A DNA stretch of 21,166 bases from Nanobdellota archaeon (GTDB lineage Archaea; Nanobdellota; Nanobdellia; Woesearchaeales; JAHWHD01), in NCBI GenBank assembly GCA_034722435.1, contig JAYENX010000031.1, positions 9,071 through 30,236 on the forward strand, in the 5' to 3' direction. The notes under the pieces are model-generated. The model made no database searches and was not told where the DNA came from. It saw only the letters and a list, made by a program, of their open reading frames with translations. Shown here piece after piece: positions 14,974 to 21,166 of the stretch. Position 1 is the first letter of the stretch. Each line of letters opens with the position of its first letter. The translations under genes were made by a program, and so were the position numbers.

Positions 14974-17568
14974 TTATGATAATGTTATTGTTATTGTTGT
15001 ATTATAAGTACCTGCACTAAGACCCGTAGGAGGATAGATATGGTAATAGGTATCCAGAGTTTCATTCAGCGCATTATCTGAACATGTAGCTGCACTACAA
15101 ACCTCTAATCCTGTGCCAGGCTCAAAAGTTTTTGCAGTAGTATTCATGTAAACTGGAGCTACATAGCCAGATGATTCTGCAGATTGTGAATTATCGTCAT
15201 CAATCTGGAAATCTGTTCCTGTCAAGTTCCAAGTATCGGTTCCTGAAGTAGGATTAGTAGCAGACCATTCCAGGTTAAGATTGTCGTTACCCCAGTTTGT
15301 CATAGTTGCTAAGCTCGTACCAGGGTTCCATTGATTAAGGTCAATGCTACCGTCACCAAGAGTTACAAGTGAAGGATAATCTATTGCTTTCAAAGTTCCA
15401 TAAATCCAAGAATCTGTATCCTCTCCATCAGATACTCTTTTACCTGCCTGGCTACTTATATTTACAAATAGTTGATAGTTTGCATTAGGCACGTCAAAGA
15501 ACTGTGGAGTTCCTTGAGTTTTATTTGTTGTAAACTCATATGTACATGTTGAGCCTGATCTGGAGACGGAGTCAACTTGCCAACCAAAGTCATACGAAGA
15601 TTCAGAACAGGATGCGTTATTTAAACATAGATAAATGTACGCTGTAGAATCTGTGTCGCAATCGTCATCTGTGTCTGTTGCAGTTAATTTAACAGCGACA
15701 GTTGCATTTGAATGTTCAACAGGATTCAAAGCGCATGTTGAAGATGTGCAACTAGAATATGCAGAACCTGCATCTGTTAAGCTTACATCTGTAATATCAG
15801 GAAGATAATCTAATAAATCTAATGTAGTGTTAAGGTCTAAACCTGTACCGTCAGTGTTGCCGTCGGTTGTCCAGACCTGGACATAAACAGTATTGTTAGC
15901 GTAAATTGTTCCAGGGACTCCCCAAGGTATTGCGGAGTCTACATCTTCGCCTGCTTTATTTGCTGCGTCATTATTTTCATAAGTACCATCGCCGTAGCTT
16001 GTACCAACCCTTAAATGATATGTTAAAGTGTCAGCAGGCCAATGATTGTCTGTACCATCATCAGGATCGGTGGCTGTCCAAGTTAAAGTTGGCGTTTGAT
16101 CATGAGTATCTAAAGGTAAGAACGATGTTGGTTGAGCAGGTAAACTGTTTAAAAGATTAAATTCAACATCATAAGCTGTACCATTCTCTGAACCGTCGTT
16201 AGGTGTAAGTCTTACATAATATGTTCTGTTAGTTCCGGAATAATCTAAGCCTGAAACAGCAGATACTGCATCTGAGCTTGTTGAAGAAGAATATGCATCA
16301 CAAGTGTTTGTGTCCCTATTTCCAGATGTGGTTGAAATACAAACATAAGTTGTAACTGTATCGCCATCATTATCCGAAGTTGTCCATTGCATATTAGGTG
16401 TTTGATCGTGAGTATCTAGACTGGAAGAATCCCAATTAGCTGCACCGTCTTGTATCTCAAAACCTGAAGGTTGATTAGGTGGCGTGTTTTGTATTGTTTC
16501 GTTTGTACTGTTAACAGCGTCACCAATATAAGAATGTTCATCTACAGGTGTGACTTCGCACATCCATATATCGCTAGTTCCAGTATTTGAACTTGCAATT
16601 GTTGAACTTGTAAATCCTGTAAGTGCCCATGCACTTCCAGTAAAGTTATACCATCTAAATGTTGAAGTTCCCTCTGAATCAGAATCTCCATCAGCAAAAG
16701 AATATGAACATGTCAAAGTTTGACTAGTTGTAGGGTTGTTAGGAGTTATATCTACAGATGAAGCTGTAGGTTTATGGTTTACATGAAATGTATGGCTGTA
16801 ACCAGTTGAACATTGTCCAGGACATGAATCGTCATTAGGTGGACAATCGCATACGAAAAAATAAGCGTCATAAGTTGAAGAACTTTCGCCAGAGGTTAAA
16901 GTATAAGCACAACCTAAATCCGCATCATCACTATATGTGCCAGCATATTCGTTGCACCATTCTCCTCCAGTACATGTACCGTCAGTTCCAATGGCGTTTG
17001 TTTTACACACTCTTAATGAATGATTATCAGCTGCATCAGTGTCAGTATGAGAAGTCATTGAAAATGTTACATCTTCACCGTCATGTTTAGGGCTACCCGA
17101 ACTTGAATCTGAAGTCTGAGTACTTACAGTAGGAATTGCGTCTGTTAATGTAAAGGAAAGCGTATCATTAATAGTACCATTTGAAGTACCATCTGTTGGC
17201 GTTAGTTTAATATAATAATTTCTTGAAGCAGTACCCCAAGTATAGTCCCAGTTTGATTCCACCTGAGTAAAAGCATAAGAAGGATCTGCATAAGGACCTG
17301 CGTTTACAACATCACATGAATTGTCATCAGTATCCGCACTTATACATACATATGTAGAAACAGGGTCCCCATTAGGATCTGAACCTTCTGTCCAAGAGAA
17401 TGTTTGATCTTTATCATGAGTTGTTGTTGGTGTCCAATCGTACGGAGAATCCGGAGCTGCGTTTCCAATAGTAAATGTTCCAACAGGACTTTCAGTTTCA
17501 GCATAAACTGCAAAAGAAAATAAACTTATTATTAGTATAGATATTATGGTTACAATTGCTTTATTCAT
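14974..17568 (-). CDS. 864-aa secreted FN3/Ig-repeat protein ending in a pilin/WxL-like domain; no C-terminal TM
   Basis: Signal VYA|ETESP. Three THD-x-x-x-x-x-x-W..D-x-[DN]-G repeats and many Cys. Ends TNWGNDNLNL..HIYPPTGLSAGTYNTTITITLS. Confidence 0.93.
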   Translation of the reverse strand: MNKAIVTIISILIISLFSFAVYAETESPVGTFTIGNAAPDSPYDWTPTTTHDKDQTFSWTEGSDPNGDPVSTYVCISADTDDNSCDVVNAGPYADPSYAFTQVESNWDYTWGTASRNYYIKLTPTDGTSNGTINDTLSFTLTDAIPTVSTQTSDSSSGSPKHDGEDVTFSMTSHTDTDAADNHSLRVCKTNAIGTDGTCTGGEWCNEYAGTYSDDADLGCAYTLTSGESSSTYDAYFFVCDCPPNDDSCPGQCSTGYSHTFHVNHKPTASSVDITPNNPTTSQTLTCSYSFADGDSDSEGTSTFRWYNFTGSAWALTGFTSSTIASSNTGTSDIWMCEVTPVDEHSYIGDAVNSTNETIQNTPPNQPSGFEIQDGAANWDSSSLDTHDQTPNMQWTTSDNDGDTVTTYVCISTTSGNRDTNTCDAYSSSTSSDAVSAVSGLDYSGTNRTYYVRLTPNDGSENGTAYDVEFNLLNSLPAQPTSFLPLDTHDQTPTLTWTATDPDDGTDNHWPADTLTYHLRVGTSYGDGTYENNDAANKAGEDVDSAIPWGVPGTIYANNTVYVQVWTTDGNTDGTGLDLNTTLDLLDYLPDITDVSLTDAGSAYSSCTSSTCALNPVEHSNATVAVKLTATDTDDDCDTDSTAYIYLCLNNASCSESSYDFGWQVDSVSRSGSTCTYEFTTNKTQGTPQFFDVPNANYQLFVNISSQAGKRVSDGEDTDSWIYGTLKAIDYPSLVTLGDGSIDLNQWNPGTSLATMTNWGNDNLNLEWSATNPTSGTDTWNLTGTDFQIDDDNSQSAESSGYVAPVYMNTTAKTFEPGTGLEVCSAATCSDNALNETLDTYYHIYPPTGLSAGTYNTTITITLS

Positions 17569-17624
17569 TGATATCCCTCTTTTATTTTTAAATAGTAATT
17601 ATTTGAATATTTAAATGTTTTCAT
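17565..17624 (-). other. Possible 19-codon bridging mini-ORF MKTFKYSNNYYLKIKEGYQ
   Basis: AGGAGTGA (17638-17631) lies 6 nt before the ATG at 17624. Its TGA overlaps the 864-aa ATG (ATGA). Confidence 0.35.
17608..17622 (-). promoter_or_regulatory. BRE + TATA candidate for the 864-aa gene
   Basis: Minus strand GAAAACA-TTTAAATA. A GAGGGA SD-like sequence lies 5 nt before the ATG at 17568. Confidence 0.55.
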
Positions 17625-17626
17625 TT

Positions 17627-20600
17627 TTAATCACTCCTTATGTTAATAGTTGATTGATAATTTTGAGATATAGTTCCAGAAGGTATGTAACCTCTGAAGT
17701 AAATTTCTTTAGTCTGTTGAACAGAAAGTTTGTAAATTTCTTGGTATGTAGTTGCAAGTTCAGTGTATGTGCCAGTAGCTGTTTCGTTGTATGTTGCATT
17801 TCCTACACCAATTGAATATGAAGAATTTGTCTGACCAATGAAATCTGAACCTGAAAGGCTTATGTTAACGAGGGAGTTACCAGTATTTCTGATATACATA
17901 GGATATGCATCAGAACTGTTCACAGTTTCTAAAGGTAAACCTGAGAATGAAACTGTCGATATGCTTAGTTCATGTGCAATTAGAGTATTATAATAATAGC
18001 TACTGTTTTCTTGATCAGAGTTAGAATCTGTAAGATTAACATCCAAGGTTACGCTCCAGTCTCCAGGATTTCTGAAATAATCCATGTTCCAAGATGTATT
18101 ACATTGCGTTTGTGTCCCAGTAGTTTGAATTATGCCAGTAGCAATATTTAATGTTGGCGAAATATACGAATCTGATGCATTGTAAATCCTTACTTCGCAA
18201 GAATCTATTGCAGTTGTGTTTGTAATGTTTGCTACAAGCGTTACAGTAACATTATTGTCTTCAACAGGGTTTATCTGAAATCCTGCAGTAAGTTCGTCAT
18301 CATCAGGAGTTATTAAGATGTCAGTTATGTTAACCGAAGCCTGACCTAATTGAACTGTAAATGTCCCATTTTTCTCATATGCATTAAAACCTAGACTGCA
18401 ATTTGCATTAATGTAATAATTATAAGTTGTTGCAGATAACGAAGTTGTATCGTAAATATATGTCCAAATATCTTGCGAATCAGGATTCATAGTATAGTTA
18501 ACACCATCAAAATTTAGTAGAACAGTATCAACTGTTCCAAGACTAGTTACATTCACAGTGAATGTGATATTTTCTCCTTGAGTTACAGGATCAGGAGAAT
18601 CGTCTAAAGTGTTAATCCAAATTCCGCAGCTAGTTGTTGAAGCAGTATTGTTAACATCAGTATTATTTATATTTCCAGCATGGTCTTTAGTGTGGACTGT
18701 AATAGTATAATTAGTATTGTCATCTAATCCCGTTGCATTATAGAATGCGTTTGTTGTGTTAATCACATTTGTTCCGTTGATATAAATTATTGTTTCGTTG
18801 AAATCAGCGTCAACAGGGTTTGTCCAAGTCCAATATATTGAAGCAATATCTTGAGATTCATTTTGTAAGTTTGTAACCGAGGCAGGAGGAGATGTGTCAG
18901 ATTCAGTGTAAGTTACATTAAAATAGAATACGTCCCATGTAGCTGTTTCAGTTGAACCCTTACCTGCAGTAGGTCTTGAGAGTTCAGATTTTGCGTATGC
19001 TCTTGTTCCGGATGCTCCAAAAAAGTTTGCACAAGTCCATGTTTCTAGTGAAGTAACATTAGTACAAATTATACCAGGATCGGTTGTTGTTCCTGGGCAG
19101 GTTGTTGTTACCGCAGTATAACTCGCACCTGCATTTGCATCTATACTTATGTCACAATCAGTAGGTGCAGATTGTACTTGCGTACTCCACCATTCATAAC
19201 AGAAGAAAACTTCGTCAACACTTTGACAATTTGTTATGCCTGTATCAACTGATTGAATTCTTACTCCAGCATAAGTACCTTTAGTATAAGTATGAGTTTC
19301 AGTTGTTCCACCATTAGTTTCTAAAGATGAACCGTCTGTTTGGTCGCAAGTTCCTCCGAATGAACCTTTAATGGCCTCGTCTTCAGCTGCACAAGTACTT
19401 ACAGTCTCTGCAAAACCTGGATCGTCAGGAGTTAAAATAAAAGTATAATCTTGTCCCGGTATTAAATCTGATTTGAATAATGACCAAGTACCGAAACAAG
19501 TTTGAGTTGCGAAATTCCAATCCTTACATTTGTAAAGTTCTGTACCTGTTGCAGTTACTGTAACAGTTGCGTTAGTAAAGTTCAGGTTAGTAGGGTCAAT
19601 AGCATAAACTTCAACATAATTATCGAATTCAGGAACATCATCAATTTTGATGTCTGCAGTAAAGTCTTCATAAATTGTTAAATCACGATATTCAATTTCC
19701 TGAACAGGATGATTATTAAGTTTGGTTTTAATATTATATTCGCCTTCTTTGAGAATTTTCTTTGCTTGACCATGATTTTTAGAAGCTTTAACTTCATCAG
19801 TTAAACTGTCAATAAGTTCGATTGTAGCGTCAATCTCTGAACCAGATGCGTCCCTTACAACAGTTGTGAAGTCAACATTTTTCGCAGTACCAAATTCGAA
19901 CGCTTCCGTGTGCGCTCCGACCAAGATTCTGAAACGTTCATCGTTCCAATTGAAAACTGTCAGAGTTATATTTTCATCAGCCGACGAGGTCTTTTTATCA
20001 AGCAAGTATTCGACATTTCCTTTGATGAAAATAGGTAAAGGTTTAGATGAATCATGATGGAATTTAACAGTTAAGTCGTTTGTTTCATCGTCTTTTACGA
20101 TTGAATCAATAATTGCGTCGTATCTTATATCTTCTTTAATTTTCAAGTAAGAAACGTTAGTTACATTATAACCTTCAGCAAAGCTTTGAGTTCCTAATAA
20201 TTCTACTTCGTAATCTTCACCAGGAACAATACTTCTAACTTTAGTCCAACCATCTAAACAAATTTGTTCTAAGAAGTTCCAAGAATCGCACCTGTAAAGT
20301 TCTGACGAGTTTGCAGTTATAATGGCTTTTGCAGATGCAAATTGAACTCTTGGGTCGATTGCGTACTGCTGTACAAAGTCTGGAGAAGTAACTGTTTCAA
20401 CATATTCGAATCCTGCAAGTTCAGTTGTTGTTTCAGTTAAATCAGTTCCTGCAAAAGTTATACTTTTAACAGGATGTGTATCCCCGCTAAAAGACATTAC
20501 TTTAGGATTAATAACAACATCATAATATCCAGATGCAAATTTAACAATGTCCCCGGAATGTCCAGATTCAATCGTTGAATGGTCGTCATAAATTGTTACA

Positions 20601-21166
20601 TACGCATCTACAAGTTCTCCATAGCTGTCAGTTATATTAAGCGCAACATCAACAGATTGTTCAATAGTTGTAAGATTTTGTACTAAGTAAGTTGCAGAAT
20701 CAACATTAAATATAATTTCACCTTCGACTTCAAATACAAGAGCGTACTCTGTTGAGTTAAGTCCTTCAGGAAGTAAGCAACTGTCTGCACAAACTTCGTT
20801 GAAGTCGAACCTTTGCCATAAAGATTCTTCAATTGTTTCATTAAGCGTTAGGTTTTCAATTAATTCAACAGTTTCATTTAGTTCAGTTAGATTTTCATCA
20901 ATAAAAGTAACATTTTCAGGAATAACACCTTCGACAATTGTTTCATTAACAGTAACTTCGCTAGTAACATTATCTAAAACAATCTCTTCAGTTATGTTTT
21001 CTTCAATAATTGGTTCAATTACTTCAACAATAGATCCATTGTTTTCAACTTCAGGAAGTTCGACTATTTCTTCAGTTTCAGATGGTTCTTCAATTACTTC
21101 CTCAGCATCAGAAGAAGAATCTTCATCAATTTCAGTTTCTTCAGAAGTTTCACTAGACGAATCATC
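17627..21166 (-). CDS. Large secreted multi-domain surface protein, >=1179 aa; partial, N-terminus beyond the right edge; ends in a pilin/WxL-like domain
   Basis: I read the frame from 20497 to 21166 and found no stop, so the track's MSFSG start is internal. Contains an acidic stalk, FNEVCADSCLL, two KC-WNF-C-W modules, an 8-Cys domain, an FN3-like domain and terminal IRNTGNSLVNI..GYIPSGTISQNYQSTINIRSD. Confidence 0.93.
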   Translation of the reverse strand, partial: DDSSSETSEETEIDEDSSSDAEEVIEEPSETEEIVELPEVENNGSIVEVIEPIIEENITEEIVLDNVTSEVTVNETIVEGVIPENVTFIDENLTELNETVELIENLTLNETIEESLWQRFDFNEVCADSCLLPEGLNSTEYALVFEVEGEIIFNVDSATYLVQNLTTIEQSVDVALNITDSYGELVDAYVTIYDDHSTIESGHSGDIVKFASGYYDVVINPKVMSFSGDTHPVKSITFAGTDLTETTTELAGFEYVETVTSPDFVQQYAIDPRVQFASAKAIITANSSELYRCDSWNFLEQICLDGWTKVRSIVPGEDYEVELLGTQSFAEGYNVTNVSYLKIKEDIRYDAIIDSIVKDDETNDLTVKFHHDSSKPLPIFIKGNVEYLLDKKTSSADENITLTVFNWNDERFRILVGAHTEAFEFGTAKNVDFTTVVRDASGSEIDATIELIDSLTDEVKASKNHGQAKKILKEGEYNIKTKLNNHPVQEIEYRDLTIYEDFTADIKIDDVPEFDNYVEVYAIDPTNLNFTNATVTVTATGTELYKCKDWNFATQTCFGTWSLFKSDLIPGQDYTFILTPDDPGFAETVSTCAAEDEAIKGSFGGTCDQTDGSSLETNGGTTETHTYTKGTYAGVRIQSVDTGITNCQSVDEVFFCYEWWSTQVQSAPTDCDISIDANAGASYTAVTTTCPGTTTDPGIICTNVTSLETWTCANFFGASGTRAYAKSELSRPTAGKGSTETATWDVFYFNVTYTESDTSPPASVTNLQNESQDIASIYWTWTNPVDADFNETIIYINGTNVINTTNAFYNATGLDDNTNYTITVHTKDHAGNINNTDVNNTASTTSCGIWINTLDDSPDPVTQGENITFTVNVTSLGTVDTVLLNFDGVNYTMNPDSQDIWTYIYDTTSLSATTYNYYINANCSLGFNAYEKNGTFTVQLGQASVNITDILITPDDDELTAGFQINPVEDNNVTVTLVANITNTTAIDSCEVRIYNASDSYISPTLNIATGIIQTTGTQTQCNTSWNMDYFRNPGDWSVTLDVNLTDSNSDQENSSYYYNTLIAHELSISTVSFSGLPLETVNSSDAYPMYIRNTGNSLVNISLSGSDFIGQTNSSYSIGVGNATYNETATGTYTELATTYQEIYKLSVQQTKEIYFRGYIPSGTISQNYQSTINIRSD

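Noticed and set aside
8315-20057. Other short opposite-strand ORFs (8315-8641, 8674-8919, 9701-9928, 10972-11160, 12477-12689, 12922-13170, 13161-13367, 13473-13811, 14148-14387, 15906-16160, 16839-17090, 19866-20057)
   Set aside because: Each lies antisense to a better-supported gene and shows no recognisable motif or start signal. 12477-12689 is antisense to RHH2.
20495-20497. ATG start (MSFSG) given for the 956-aa ORF
   Set aside because: The frame stays open to the window edge with coherent domain sequence, and no signal peptide follows this ATG.

Overview
AT-rich archaeal-type DNA (BRE/TATA promoters, leaderless and Shine-Dalgarno-led genes). The post-TM 'ITG' motifs and Cys-rich surface modules suggest a DPANN lineage such as Woesearchaeota or Pacearchaeota; this taxonomy is inference only. 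The window holds no housekeeping genes and is a >=21 kb island of secreted or membrane-anchored Ig-like proteins. The ORF track misses or truncates four genes: a >=2317-aa giant surface protein (6951 to off the left edge), the true extent of the right-hand protein (>=1179 aa, starting beyond the right edge), and two tandem ribbon-helix-helix (RHH) regulators of 43 and 42 aa. Main hypothesis: the island encodes a donor-strand-complemented ('plug-and-socket') surface filament or adhesin system resembling WxL and chaperone-usher pilins. Five proteins carry the same C-terminal pilin-like domain, several carry a lone N-terminal beta-strand, a 69-aa membrane peptide is little more than two such strands, and two proteins look like membrane-anchored PapD/DUF916-like chaperones. 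All domain assignments are by eye, without database searches.
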